From assembly GCA_045545375.1 (NCBI GenBank), contig JAZQAT010000064.1, positions 684-64,683 on the forward strand: a stretch of DNA of 64,000 nucleotides. The letters are read 5' to 3'. The position numbers and the translations under genes are program-made. The stretch comes from Acetatifactor sp. (GTDB lineage Bacteria; Bacillota; Clostridia; Lachnospirales; Lachnospiraceae). How positions within the stretch are numbered: the first letter of the stretch is position 1; every line of letters starts with the position of its first letter. The notes under the pieces were generated by a model. That model ran no database searches and was not told the DNA's origin. It was given only the letters and a program-made list of their open reading frames with translations. Positions 39,370 through 49,823 of the stretch are shown here, piece by piece.

Positions 39370-40194
39370 ATGGGGATGAGAGAAGAATTCGTGACATTTC
39401 CGACGCCTGGGGAGAATCTGCCCTTTATTATTGAATTGGCCGGGATCTCCTATTGTGACGGGAGCTATAAGATACACCGAGCTAAGTCAAAATGCATGGT
39501 CACGGAATATATTATTGCCGGTGAGGGTACTGTGATTTTGGATGAGAAAAAGTATACTGCCCGGGAAGGGGATATCTATCTGCTTCCTGCAGGGCATGAA
39601 CAACTTTATTATTCTGATGCAAAGAATCCCTGGACCAAAATATGGTTCAATGCCAGAGGCCCATTGATCGATGAGCTTTTACATATTTATAATACCAGGA
39701 ATATCCCTGTATTTTCACAATCGGGTGGAAAAGAATACCTTACCACGATCCTTGATATCGGAAGAGAAAACGCTTATTGTGTAAAGGAAAAGCATGAAAA
39801 AGCTGCTATCGTCTTTCACCAGCTGCTTCAATATCTGTATGGGATCTTTTATGCCAGGAAAGAGGAATATTCTGAAGAAACTAAGATTTTAAAAGAATAC
39901 ATTGCAAATCATATCACTGAAGATATCTCCCTGAAAGATTTGAGCTCCCTTGTGTATCTGAGCGAATCCCAGATCATCCGTGTCTTCAAGCAGGATATGG
40001 GAAAGACACCTTACGAATATATCCTGGAGTTGAAAATAGGACAAGCTAAACTGCTTCTTAGAAGCACGCGGCTTATGATAAAGGAAATTGCATTCAGGCT
40101 TGGCTTCTGCGATGAACATTATTTTTCTTATCTGTTCAAACAAAAGACCGGTCAGACACCTTCAGCCTATCGAAAAAGCAGTTCTGTAGGCTAA
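39370..40194 (+). CDS. AraC-family regulator
   Basis: C-terminal LGFCDEHYFSYLFKQKTGQTPSAYRK; exact start uncertain. Confidence 0.88.
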   Translation: MGMREEFVTFPTPGENLPFIIELAGISYCDGSYKIHRAKSKCMVTEYIIAGEGTVILDEKKYTAREGDIYLLPAGHEQLYYSDAKNPWTKIWFNARGPLIDELLHIYNTRNIPVFSQSGGKEYLTTILDIGRENAYCVKEKHEKAAIVFHQLLQYLYGIFYARKEEYSEETKILKEYIANHITEDISLKDLSSLVYLSESQIIRVFKQDMGKTPYEYILELKIGQAKLLLRSTRLMIKEIAFRLGFCDEHYFSYLFKQKTGQTPSAYRKSSSVG

Positions 40195-40240
40195 AAAGAG
40201 ACTGCAGCAAATCATTTTTATTTTGCTGCAATCTCCTTTT
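40195..40240. terminator. Bidirectional terminator
   Basis: gagactgcagcaaa...tttgctgcaatctc. Confidence 0.7.
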
Positions 40241-40248
40241 ATGTAAAA

Positions 40249-41055
40249 TTAACCTCTGGTCTTACCGCCGCCAACTGTTACAACGATACCGTGAACAAAG
40301 CTTGCACGATCACTTGCCAGGAATGCTGCTGTGTTAGCGACTTCAGATAATTTACCATCGCGTCCCAAAGGAATGGAACTTGTCTTGGTATAGCCTTCAC
40401 GCAGCTGCTCTACTGTAATACCGCGGGTATAAGCCAAAGCAGTCTCATAGGAAAGGGTACGCAGACCGGTAGCTTCCAGAATACCGGGAGCGATACCTAC
40501 GACACGGATACCCTTACGTCCCAGTTCTTTTGCCCAGGAGCGAGTCAAAGAGTTAACTGCATTCTTGGTAGCAGCGTAAACGCTCTGTCCTTCGGAACCT
40601 TCCAGACCGCTCTCGGAAGACATGTTGATGATGACGCCCTTACCCTGCTTCAACATTTCACGTGCAGCTGCCTGAGCACAGAAAAATACACCCTTCAGGT
40701 TTACGTTCATAACCTTATCCCAGGTTGCCTCATTCAGCTCGTACTGATTTGCTTCATCTACCAACAGACAGGGAAGATTGATACCTGCGTTATTGATGAT
40801 GACATCAACGGTGCCGAAACGTTTTTTTACCTGTGCGATCATGGAATCAACACTTTCCTTCTTAGTAACATCTGTAACTACATAAAGAAAACGATCATCT
40901 GCTGCATCAAATTGGGGCGGATTGGGATTCATATCACAAACGGTAACATTTGCTCCGTCGTTTAAAAATTCTTTTGCAATCGCATATCCGATACCGGAAG
41001 CACCTCCGGTAATGATGACTGATTTGCCTTCCAGACCTAACCATGAACTATCCAT
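40249..41055 (-). CDS. SDR, sorbitol-6-phosphate dehydrogenase-like
   Basis: TGGASGIG, NNAGIN, SSESGLEGSEGQSVYAATK, C-terminal GGKTRG. Confidence 0.85.
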   Translation of the reverse strand: MDSSWLGLEGKSVIITGGASGIGYAIAKEFLNDGANVTVCDMNPNPPQFDAADDRFLYVVTDVTKKESVDSMIAQVKKRFGTVDVIINNAGINLPCLLVDEANQYELNEATWDKVMNVNLKGVFFCAQAAAREMLKQGKGVIINMSSESGLEGSEGQSVYAATKNAVNSLTRSWAKELGRKGIRVVGIAPGILEATGLRTLSYETALAYTRGITVEQLREGYTKTSSIPLGRDGKLSEVANTAAFLASDRASFVHGIVVTVGGGKTRG

Positions 41056-41230
41056 TATAATTTTCCTCCTAAATATATTTTTTCCTCTTGCAACCTTTCG
41101 TTGCGTGTGATACAACTATAGTAATTGAATCACTATTTGTCAATTTCAATAGATTAAGTAGAAGAAAAGTGCATTTATTGATTGTTTTGCAGATTGTATT
41201 GCTCATTATTTGATTGCGGAGGTGCTACAG

Positions 41231-41971
41231 ATGCCATTTTACGAAAGAGAAGATAAGATCATCAATATCCTTTTACAGAAAGAGGTCATGACAGTAAATG
41301 AGCTTGCGGAAAAGCTCTATATCAGCAAGCCTACTTTAAGACGAGATCTGCTCAAGCTGGAGCAAAAGGGGATCATTGCAAGGACACACGGAGCCGCTTC
41401 CCTGATCAAGAATCCGGCTGATACCAAAATTTCTTTTAACATGCGGGAACAGGAACAGAATAATGCCAAGACAATTATGGCTCAAAGAGCAGTTTCTTTT
41501 ATCAAAGACGGGGATATCATTATGCTGGATGCCACTACCAGCGCCTATCATATCATTCCCTTTCTGGCCGATTTTCACAACATCATCGTCATCACCAGCA
41601 GCGCCAAGACTTCTCTTGCTCTGGGACAGTTGGGCATCCGCAATTTCTGCACAGGAGGGCTTATGATTCCCAAGTCCTTTTCCTACGTGGGCGGAGATGC
41701 TCAGGACATGGTCTCCCGCTACAACGCAGATGTTCTGTTCTTCTCCTGCCGCGGCTTATCGGAGGATGGTTATTTATCGGATAATTCTATTGAAGAGAAT
41801 CTTCTGCGAACGACCATGATGCGTCATGCAAAGAAGAAGATCCTTCTCTGCGACAGCAGTAAAATTGGTAAGGTGAGCCTACATAATCTGTGCCATATTT
41901 CGGAGGTAGATGAGATCATCTGCGAAACGAAGGTTCCCCAGACCATTCTGGACAGTCAAAAAAAGGACTGA
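41231..41971 (+). CDS. DeoR/GlpR-family regulator
   Basis: SKPTLRRDL..LE..G..ARTHG, MLDATTS, LCDSSKIG. Confidence 0.92.
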   Translation: MPFYEREDKIINILLQKEVMTVNELAEKLYISKPTLRRDLLKLEQKGIIARTHGAASLIKNPADTKISFNMREQEQNNAKTIMAQRAVSFIKDGDIIMLDATTSAYHIIPFLADFHNIIVITSSAKTSLALGQLGIRNFCTGGLMIPKSFSYVGGDAQDMVSRYNADVLFFSCRGLSEDGYLSDNSIEENLLRTTMMRHAKKKILLCDSSKIGKVSLHNLCHISEVDEIICETKVPQTILDSQKKD

Positions 41972-42000
41972 AGATTCCACTGAGAATCTTCAATCCTTTT
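41962..42000. terminator. Bidirectional terminator
   Basis: aaaggactgaagattc...gaatcttcaatccttt. Confidence 0.65.
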
Positions 42001-42027
42001 ATCACCGCGTGTTACTCCAAATGCGTG

Positions 42028-42747
42028 TTACTCCAAAATATTGGAAGTAATATAGTCAACACCCCATGCAATATATTTTTCAGCATCTTCTGCAGTATCT
42101 ACGGTCCAGCAGTTTACCTCACGACCATTCTCATGAAGTGCCTGAATCAGTTCGGGTGTAAGCGCTTTATGATAGATATCCAGATCCAGCTTGGCAGCAA
42201 CCAGTTTCTCTACCAGACCCTCCACATTTTTAGAAATGAGGAACTGTGCTTTCTGGTCAGGAACCAGCGCTCTTAAGTCGATCAGATTCTCCCAGGAGAA
42301 AGAAATGAAGATCACTTCATCCAGGTAATCTTGCTCTTTGATCACTTCTACAATCCCGGCAATATCTTCCGGCTTCATTCTGTTCTTCAACTCCAAGACT
42401 GCCTTCTTTTCATATTTCTTACACATTTTAATGTACTCTGCAAGCACAGGAATATAAAGGTCTGTTCTATATTTACCTTCCTGCTTGTCATACAGTCGGA
42501 TGCTTTGCAGTTCTTCCAAGGTGGTCTCTTCCACTACCTTGTTTTCAGCAGATACACGACTGGTATTGTCATCGTGAATAATAGCAAATTTTCCGTCACT
42601 GGTTACATGAACATCGGTCTCGATTCCAAAATGACTGCGGTTTCCGGCAGCTACGAAAGCAGCCAGGGTATTCTCCATCTCCAGACCGCTTACACCTCTG
42701 TGTGCAATCATACGCACACCCTTCTTATCAACTGAAATGGTATTCAT
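42028..42747 (-). CDS. Glycerophosphodiester phosphodiesterase
   Basis: IAHRG, ENTLAAF, IETDV, IHD, ELK, CWTVD, YITSN. Confidence 0.92.
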   Translation of the reverse strand: MNTISVDKKGVRMIAHRGVSGLEMENTLAAFVAAGNRSHFGIETDVHVTSDGKFAIIHDDNTSRVSAENKVVEETTLEELQSIRLYDKQEGKYRTDLYIPVLAEYIKMCKKYEKKAVLELKNRMKPEDIAGIVEVIKEQDYLDEVIFISFSWENLIDLRALVPDQKAQFLISKNVEGLVEKLVAAKLDLDIYHKALTPELIQALHENGREVNCWTVDTAEDAEKYIAWGVDYITSNILE

Positions 42748-42944
42748 ATGAATCCTCCTCATGCTTCTCTATTAAGACAAAAAACGTACCAAAACAAAAG
42801 GTTGCCCTTTTGTCTTGATACGTCTCCTCGTCTCTGCATCGTTGTAATTATACCATTGTGTCTGTATCAATGTCAATCATTATGTTCCAATTATGCACTC
42901 ATGATCAGCACCCCGTCAATATCATCTGTCAACTACTTTTCATC

Positions 42945-43670
42945 TCAATCAAACAATACCTCCTCCACCGTTACAAACACAAATCCATCCTCCAAAAGCT
43001 CATCCACGATTTCCAGCGCCGCCGTCACCGATGATTCATAATAATCATGCAGTAAAATAATATCGTTTTCCTTGGCCTTGTCAATGACTTTACCTGCCAC
43101 ACACACTGCATCATCACTGCACCAGTCCAGAGGATCGATGCTCCACAGAACCGGTATCATGTTCAGTTCCTTCTCCAGTGTCTTATCCCAGCTTCCGTAA
43201 GGCGGCCGTACATAAACTACCTCTTCTCCTGTGATTTCTTCGATGACCTCGTTAGTCTTGATAAGCTCATTTTTGAATTGTTCCTTATTGGAATTTCTCA
43301 GCTGGATGTGGCTGTAAGTATGATTTCCTATCACATGTCCTTCCTCACTCATACGCTTGATGATATCCGGATGAAGGGAAGCATGTTCACCTGTAACAAA
43401 AAACGTGGCTTTTACACCACGTTCTTTCAGCCCATCCAGTAGCTGTTCTGTATAGTGAGGATGAGGACCATCGTCAAAGGTAAGGCAAATCTTTTTGGTT
43501 TTCGCATCGCTCATTGCATCTTCCTGAGCCATGTTCTCCTGCAGCATGCTTGCTGTTCCCATACTTTCACGAAATTTACTTTTTTGTTTTTGTTCATATC
43601 CACATACTGCCACTAAGAGCAGGCAGAATATTACGATTCCCCCAAGCTTTGCCAACATGATCTTTTTCAT
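42945..43670 (-). CDS. Polysaccharide (peptidoglycan) deacetylase, CE4
   Basis: N-terminal TM; TFDDGP, GNHTYSH, RPPYG, DPLDW, LLHD. Confidence 0.93.
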   Translation of the reverse strand: MKKIMLAKLGGIVIFCLLLVAVCGYEQKQKSKFRESMGTASMLQENMAQEDAMSDAKTKKICLTFDDGPHPHYTEQLLDGLKERGVKATFFVTGEHASLHPDIIKRMSEEGHVIGNHTYSHIQLRNSNKEQFKNELIKTNEVIEEITGEEVVYVRPPYGSWDKTLEKELNMIPVLWSIDPLDWCSDDAVCVAGKVIDKAKENDIILLHDYYESSVTAALEIVDELLEDGFVFVTVEEVLFD

Positions 43671-43773
43671 ATATTTTACTTTCCGCGCAGACATTTTGCC
43701 TGTTGCTGCGGTATCTCTGCTCTTATTATAATATATGCCGAAAGACCGTTTCTTATATCCTGTTACAGGCTAT

Positions 43774-45075
43774 TTATACCATAACGGCGTCTTCCAGATT
43801 CATGGCCTCAACATATCTGTCCTGAAAGCTGTCCTGTTCGGCCAAATTGATGACTGTTGTCTTGTCAACAATGTCATCGATCGCGCTTTGGGCTTCTGTT
43901 TTTTCGCAGAATCCATACCGGAAAATCCCTGCAAGGGCAGTGTTTCCGCCGGACTCCACTTTATGGGAAAGGACCCTGGGAATCAGGCCGATTGCCGCTG
44001 CATCCTCTGACTGCAGAAAATAGCCGAATCCGCCTGCCAGTACCACTCTCTTAATCTGAGCAATATCAGAAAGACCATATTTCAAAGCAAGTGTCCCAAT
44101 CCCGGCAGCGATAGCAGCTTTGGCAAGCTGAAGATTTCGAATGCTCTGCTGTGTCACCCTGACATTGCCTATCAGGACACCTTCCTCGAAATATTCATCA
44201 GCCAGCAATCCCGTATCGTCCACCAGACCTTTGCGAAGCAGTTCCGCCGTCAGATGTACCATGTCAGCACCCCAGACTCCGGTAGTCACGCCGCCTTCAA
44301 AAGCAGGGCCTGCTGCCGTGGAACAGGCAATGATCCGATCCCGGTTCCCCAGCGCCATCTCACCATTGGTTCCCAAATCAATGAAAAGCGTGATATCTTC
44401 CCTCTCAGCCATTTCACCGGCATAGATTCCTGCCAGAATATCTCCTCCCACGAAGGCAGAAAGTCCCCCAAAAACCTCTCCTGTCATTTCACCCAGTTTG
44501 ATTTCCCGCTTTTTCAGGTGTGAGGCATGAAAAGGCACACGCCCCAGTTCTGCCGGGTCATCTCCCATCAGAAGATAGGTCATGGTAGTGTTGCCTGCAA
44601 TCATCAACTTCCAGTCATCATTACTCAAGCCCTCACCGCCCCGGTCTCCAGCTGCCTGCTCTTTCAAATGGTTCAGTCCCTGCACCAAAACTTTACGAAT
44701 TCCTGTCTTCATGACCTCTGCGTCCGCCGGATTCCCCGCAGCCTGAATTCTGGAAAGCACATCTCTACCATATTTTACCTGAGGGTTCACCGTCGCAAAG
44801 CGCCCCTCCTCTTTACCATCCCGTCCAAACAACACCATGGCAACGGTAGTGGTACCGATATCTACAGCCACCAGTTTGCGAGACTCTTCACTAAAAGCAC
44901 ACTGCTCCTGCCACACCTTAAGCAGACCACCGTCTGCTACAATCGTCATGCCTTGTGCCTGTCCAAAACACCTGCCACACCCTGTACAGATGTGGCACCT
45001 ATTTCCTACAAGCCTGCCTTTTGATGTATCTAGTGCCATGTTTTTTCCTGTTACAAGCTTTTCCATTCTACTCAC
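43774..45075 (-). CDS. ASKHA/DUF4445 (RACo-like) ATP-dependent activator protein
   Basis: VDIGTTT, NPQ..YG.DVLSRI, AGNTTM, FVGGDI, IDLGTNGE, STAAGPAFEG, QLAKAAI, LAGGFG; N-terminal CxxCxxCxxC. Confidence 0.85.
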   Translation of the reverse strand: MSRMEKLVTGKNMALDTSKGRLVGNRCHICTGCGRCFGQAQGMTIVADGGLLKVWQEQCAFSEESRKLVAVDIGTTTVAMVLFGRDGKEEGRFATVNPQVKYGRDVLSRIQAAGNPADAEVMKTGIRKVLVQGLNHLKEQAAGDRGGEGLSNDDWKLMIAGNTTMTYLLMGDDPAELGRVPFHASHLKKREIKLGEMTGEVFGGLSAFVGGDILAGIYAGEMAEREDITLFIDLGTNGEMALGNRDRIIACSTAAGPAFEGGVTTGVWGADMVHLTAELLRKGLVDDTGLLADEYFEEGVLIGNVRVTQQSIRNLQLAKAAIAAGIGTLALKYGLSDIAQIKRVVLAGGFGYFLQSEDAAAIGLIPRVLSHKVESGGNTALAGIFRYGFCEKTEAQSAIDDIVDKTTVINLAEQDSFQDRYVEAMNLEDAVMV

Positions 45076-45080
45076 CCGGG

Positions 45081-45254
45081 TTACACAAACTGATTTCTCT
45101 CTTTATCATAAAGATAATCTATAGACGCCAGCTTATCTGTAATCTCTTTCTCTTCCATATCCAGATCTTCACACATAGCAGAAAGACTGGAATAATAATC
45201 CCGCAGTTTCAGATTCACGAAACTGAGCAGCATCACCGGATCCTTCGGTATCAT
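45081..45254 (-). CDS. DUF4250-like 57-aa protein (not in ORF track)
   Basis: MIPKDPVMLLSFVNLKLRDYYSSL..MCEDLD...DYLYDKERNQFV*, AGGAGG 7 nt upstream, fills the gap between neighbouring genes. Confidence 0.85.
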   Translation of the reverse strand: MIPKDPVMLLSFVNLKLRDYYSSLSAMCEDLDMEEKEITDKLASIDYLYDKERNQFV

Positions 45255-45265
45255 CTTCATCCCTC

Positions 45266-46960
45266 CTACATCTGACTCAATAAAGTTTCTTTTGCCTGTG
45301 CAACGGCTTTCGCCACGCTGCCCTCTTCAAAAGGCACTGCAAGATTGGCATAACGCAGCGTCTCTTTGTAGCTCATGCTGCCGCCACAGCTGCACAGCTT
45401 CTTGTAATCCTCCCAGGCAGCCTCGTGATTCTCCCGGTTCTTGCCGGCAAACTCCATAGCTCCCATGGTAGTCAGCGTGTAGTTGATATAGTAGAAAGGA
45501 TAGAGGTAAATATGAAGCTTATGATACCAGTATCCGCCTCTCTCCATAAATTCATCATTATCGTAAGTACGCCATGGCATATATTTTTCTTCCAGCTTAT
45601 GCCACTCATAAGTACGTTCCTTGGGCGTCAATTCCGGATGAGCATAACAAATATGCTGGAACTCGTCCACTGCCACTCCAAAAGGCACGAAAGTAATGGC
45701 ATCCTGCAGGTGGGCAAAGCGGAACTTATCAGCCTGCTCCCCGAAGAACCATTCCGCATAAGGGTAAGAAAACTGCTCCATGGACATGGAATGAATCTCC
45801 GCAATATCCGTGGATACACCGTAATAATCGGATATAGGCTGATGACGCATAGCCATATATCCCGCAAAAGCATGTCCCAGCTCATGGGTCAATACCTGCA
45901 TATCTCCGATGGTATGATTAAAGCAGGAGAACACAAAAGGTGCTTTCAGAGAGGGTAAAGTAGTCATATACCCGGTGGAAGCCTTCCCCGGCTTATTCTT
46001 CAGATCCATCAGTTCATGATCGATCATGAAATCAATGAACTCCCCTGTTTCAGGACTCATCTCATGGTACATCTTTCCGGCCTGCTCCACCATGAAATCA
46101 TCATCCCCTGCAGGCTCTGCATTGCCGTCAGGATATACACGATTCTCATCATACACCATGATCTTATCCACACCCAGACGTTTTGCCTGTGCTTCATACA
46201 GCTTCCGACACAGCGGTACCAGTTCCCGGCGCACCTGTTCTCTGAAAGAAGCCACTTCCTCTACACCGTAATCTGTCCTGCCCTGATTCATATAACCTAA
46301 AGGGATATAGTTTTCAAAGCCCAGATTCCGACCCATCTCATTTCGGATAGTAATCAGCTCATCCCAGATTTCCTCCAACCGTTCTTCATGAGAATGGTAA
46401 AAATCAGAATAGGCCCGGAAAGCAGCCTTTCTCTTCTCCCTGTCTTCATGTTCAAAATATTTCTGTATGCCATACAGATTCAGCGTCTGTCCCTCAAATT
46501 CAATGGCCGCAGAAGCCATGATCTTCTGGTATTCATCGGTCAGCTTAGCCTCTTTCTGCATCAGAGGAATATTGGCTTCACAGAAAGCCTTCTGCTGCAG
46601 CTCCATCTGCACAAACAGCTGCTTTCCGAACTCTGCTTCGAAATCAGGCCTGAATTTGCTGTCCATAAATGCCTGATTCAAAGCAATCAGGTAAGGCATC
46701 ACCAAAGGATATTGCTCATTCAGATACGCATTCTCCTTCTCATAATATTCATCTGTAGTATCTACTGTATGTCTGATGTGTACGGTACTGAAGCTTGTTG
46801 TCAGCTCCTGGGATATTCCATCCATTTCCATCATACACGCTCTGACCTGCTGATATTCTTCTGCTGCCTGCACTCTGGCAGTAAGCTCCTGTGCCTTATT
46901 CTTCAAAGCCTCCAGATCCGGCCTTTCATACTTCAATGTAGTAAATTTAAAATCGTTCAT
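45266..46960 (-). CDS. M3 family oligoendopeptidase (PepF-like)
   Basis: HELGH, AEIHSMSME, HIYLYPFYYINY. Confidence 0.92.
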   Translation of the reverse strand: MNDFKFTTLKYERPDLEALKNKAQELTARVQAAEEYQQVRACMMEMDGISQELTTSFSTVHIRHTVDTTDEYYEKENAYLNEQYPLVMPYLIALNQAFMDSKFRPDFEAEFGKQLFVQMELQQKAFCEANIPLMQKEAKLTDEYQKIMASAAIEFEGQTLNLYGIQKYFEHEDREKRKAAFRAYSDFYHSHEERLEEIWDELITIRNEMGRNLGFENYIPLGYMNQGRTDYGVEEVASFREQVRRELVPLCRKLYEAQAKRLGVDKIMVYDENRVYPDGNAEPAGDDDFMVEQAGKMYHEMSPETGEFIDFMIDHELMDLKNKPGKASTGYMTTLPSLKAPFVFSCFNHTIGDMQVLTHELGHAFAGYMAMRHQPISDYYGVSTDIAEIHSMSMEQFSYPYAEWFFGEQADKFRFAHLQDAITFVPFGVAVDEFQHICYAHPELTPKERTYEWHKLEEKYMPWRTYDNDEFMERGGYWYHKLHIYLYPFYYINYTLTTMGAMEFAGKNRENHEAAWEDYKKLCSCGGSMSYKETLRYANLAVPFEEGSVAKAVAQAKETLLSQM

Positions 46961-47127
46961 GCTATTCCTGTCCTTTCTCGCTAATATTCTCTATTATATA
47001 ACAGCTTAAACATTTGCGCCACATTTTTACATAAAAAGACTGCTGCAATTTTACTTGATCAAAACAAAGGGTTAGGACAACGATAAGGGCCTTGGATATC
47101 ATCCAAAGCCCTCCTGCATCAGCCTTC

Positions 47128-49719
47128 TTAGCTTCTGTCTTTCACCTGTGCCTTCAGTTCCTCATTCTCAACAGTAATCAGAATGGTATCCCCTTCTCTT
47201 ACCTGGTCTGCCAGAATCAGTTTTGCAGCCAGAGTCTCCACATACTTCTGCACATAACGCTTCAGGGGTCTTGCGCCGTAAACCGGATTATAAGCATTCT
47301 CCACGATAAATTCTCCGGCCTGCTCTGACAGTTCAATCGTCAGCTCCTTGTCAGCCAGACGTCTGTTCAAATCATCAATGATCAGATGAATGATACCGCC
47401 AATGTTCTCCTTCGTCAGAGGCTTGAACAGAATAGTCTCATCCAGTCGGTTCAGAAATTCCGGTCTGAAATGATTGCGCAGATCATTCATGACCAGTTCT
47501 TCTGCCTCAGGCCTGATCGAACCGTCCTCGTTGATTCCGTCAAGCAGATAGTTAGCTCCTATATTGGAAGTCATGATAAGGATGGTATTCTTGAAATCCA
47601 CGGTCCGTCCCTGGGAATCCGTCACACGACCGTCATCCAGCACCTGCAGCAGAACGTTGAATACATCCGGATGCGCCTTTTCAATCTCATCAAACAACAC
47701 TACACTGTAAGGCTTCCTGCGGACTGCCTCTGTCAGCTGACCGCCCTCTTCATAGCCTACATATCCGGGAGGCGCTCCAATCAGTCTGGATACGGAGAAC
47801 TTCTCCATATACTCACTCATATCGATACGCACCATATTATTCTCATCATCAAACAAAGCTGCTGCCAATGACTTGGCCAGTTCTGTTTTACCGACACCGG
47901 TAGGTCCCAGGAACAGGAAAGAACCGATAGGCTTCTCAGGATCCTTGATACCTGCTTTGGAACGGATGATGGCTTCCGTTACTTTGGTCACGCCTTCCTC
48001 CTGACCGATCACTCGCTTATGAAGTTCGTCATCCAAATGAAGCGTCTTATTCCGTTCGCTTTCTGTCAGCTTCGCTACCGGAATACCGGTCCAACGGGAA
48101 ATGATTCTGGCAATCTCATCCTCGGATACCTTTTCATGCACCAGAGACAGCTGGGAAGCATTCATACTCTCTTCCTCCTGCTGCAGCTGCTTCTTCAATG
48201 CAGGAAGTCTGCCGTAACTAAGCTCTGCCGCTTTTTCCAGATTCCCTTCTCTCTGGGCAATCTGAATCTGGCTGTTGACCTCATCGATCTCCTCACGCAG
48301 CTTTGAAAGCTTCTCCACAGAATTCTTCTCATTGTCCCACTGGGCCTTTCGACTGGCGAAATCATCCTTAAGCTCTGCCAGCTCTTTCTGCAGGCTTTCC
48401 AGTCTTTCCCGGCTCAGACGGTCATCTTCCTTTTTCAGTGCAGCTTCCTCGATTTCCATCTGCATGATCCTACGCTGCAATTCATCCAGCTCGGTAGGCA
48501 TGCTGTCCAGCTCCGTCTTAATCAGCGCACAGGCCTCATCCACCAGATCAATGGCCTTATCCGGCAGGAATCTGTCTGAAATATATCTGTTAGACAAAAC
48601 AGCAGCACTTACCAGAGCATTGTCCATGATTTTTACACCATGATATACCTCATAGCGCTCCTTCAGTCCACGCAGAATGGAAATGGTATCCTCCACCGTA
48701 GGTTCATCCACCATAACCGGCTGGAAACGACGCTCCAGTGCCGGATCCTTCTCGATATACTGACGGTATTCGTCAAGCGTGGTAGCACCGATACAATGCA
48801 GTTCACCTCTTGCCAGCATAGGTTTCAGCATATTTCCGGCATCCAAAGCACCGTCCGTTTTACCTGCACCTACAATCGTATGCAGCTCATCGATGAAAAG
48901 AATAATCTGTCCGTCACTATTCTTCACATCTTCCAGCACTGCTTTCAGACGTTCCTCAAATTCACCTCTGTACTTGGCACCTGCCACAAGTGCACCCATA
49001 TCCAGAGAGAAAATCTTCTTATCTTTCAGTCCCTGTGGAACATCTCCACGAACGATTCTCTGAGCAAGCCCTTCTACTACAGCTGTCTTACCTACACCGG
49101 GTTCACCGATCAGTACCGGATTGTTCTTAGTCTTACGGGACAGGATACGGATAATATTACGAATTTCACTGTCACGCCCGATAACAGGATCCAGTTTCTG
49201 GTTCCTTGCCTTCTCTACAAGCTCCTGACCGTATTTTTCCAAAGTATCATAAGTAGCTTCCGGATTGTCGCTGGTCACACGCTGATTGCCTCTTACAGTT
49301 GAAAGCGCCTGCAGGAAACGTTCTCTCGTAATTCCGTATTCCTTCCATATCTGCGCAATTTCCTTGTTGGGATTCTTGATCATCGCCAGGAACAGATGCT
49401 CCACGGATACATATTCATCTCCCAACTGCTTTGCTTCATCCTCTGCACTGATCAATACCTTATTCAGAGCCTGACCGATATAAACCTGCCCGCCCTGGAC
49501 CTTGGTACGCTTCTCAACTGCCTGCTTTGCGCGGTTCACAAAATGTTCTTTCTGAATCTCCATCTTTTCGATGAGCTTCAAAATAAGGCTGTCTTCTATG
49601 GTCAAAAGGCTGTAAAGTAAATGTTCCTGCTCAATTTCCTGATTACCATATTCATAGGCAAGACTTTCACAGCCTTGCACAGCCTGCATGGACTTCTGGG
49701 TAAATTTTTGAATGTTCAT
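47128..49719 (-). CDS. clpB: Chaperone ClpB
   Basis: Two AAA+ modules ([16 protein letters not shown]), coiled-coil M domain, GAPPGYVGY; start MNIQKF. Confidence 0.97.
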   Translation of the reverse strand: MNIQKFTQKSMQAVQGCESLAYEYGNQEIEQEHLLYSLLTIEDSLILKLIEKMEIQKEHFVNRAKQAVEKRTKVQGGQVYIGQALNKVLISAEDEAKQLGDEYVSVEHLFLAMIKNPNKEIAQIWKEYGITRERFLQALSTVRGNQRVTSDNPEATYDTLEKYGQELVEKARNQKLDPVIGRDSEIRNIIRILSRKTKNNPVLIGEPGVGKTAVVEGLAQRIVRGDVPQGLKDKKIFSLDMGALVAGAKYRGEFEERLKAVLEDVKNSDGQIILFIDELHTIVGAGKTDGALDAGNMLKPMLARGELHCIGATTLDEYRQYIEKDPALERRFQPVMVDEPTVEDTISILRGLKERYEVYHGVKIMDNALVSAAVLSNRYISDRFLPDKAIDLVDEACALIKTELDSMPTELDELQRRIMQMEIEEAALKKEDDRLSRERLESLQKELAELKDDFASRKAQWDNEKNSVEKLSKLREEIDEVNSQIQIAQREGNLEKAAELSYGRLPALKKQLQQEEESMNASQLSLVHEKVSEDEIARIISRWTGIPVAKLTESERNKTLHLDDELHKRVIGQEEGVTKVTEAIIRSKAGIKDPEKPIGSFLFLGPTGVGKTELAKSLAAALFDDENNMVRIDMSEYMEKFSVSRLIGAPPGYVGYEEGGQLTEAVRRKPYSVVLFDEIEKAHPDVFNVLLQVLDDGRVTDSQGRTVDFKNTILIMTSNIGANYLLDGINEDGSIRPEAEELVMNDLRNHFRPEFLNRLDETILFKPLTKENIGGIIHLIIDDLNRRLADKELTIELSEQAGEFIVENAYNPVYGARPLKRYVQKYVETLAAKLILADQVREGDTILITVENEELKAQVKDRS

Positions 49720-49823
49720 TACATAGCCCTCCTTTTTTTGTTCTATCAATAATATAACACAACAAACAAAGAAATCAATAGGCAAATGATAAATATTTTA
49801 TAAAATTAACAGTTTACACGTCA

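Noticed and set aside
49720-49823. CIRCE or CtsR box upstream of clpB
   Set aside because: No TTAGCACTC-N9-GAGTGCTAA or clear CtsR heptad repeat visible
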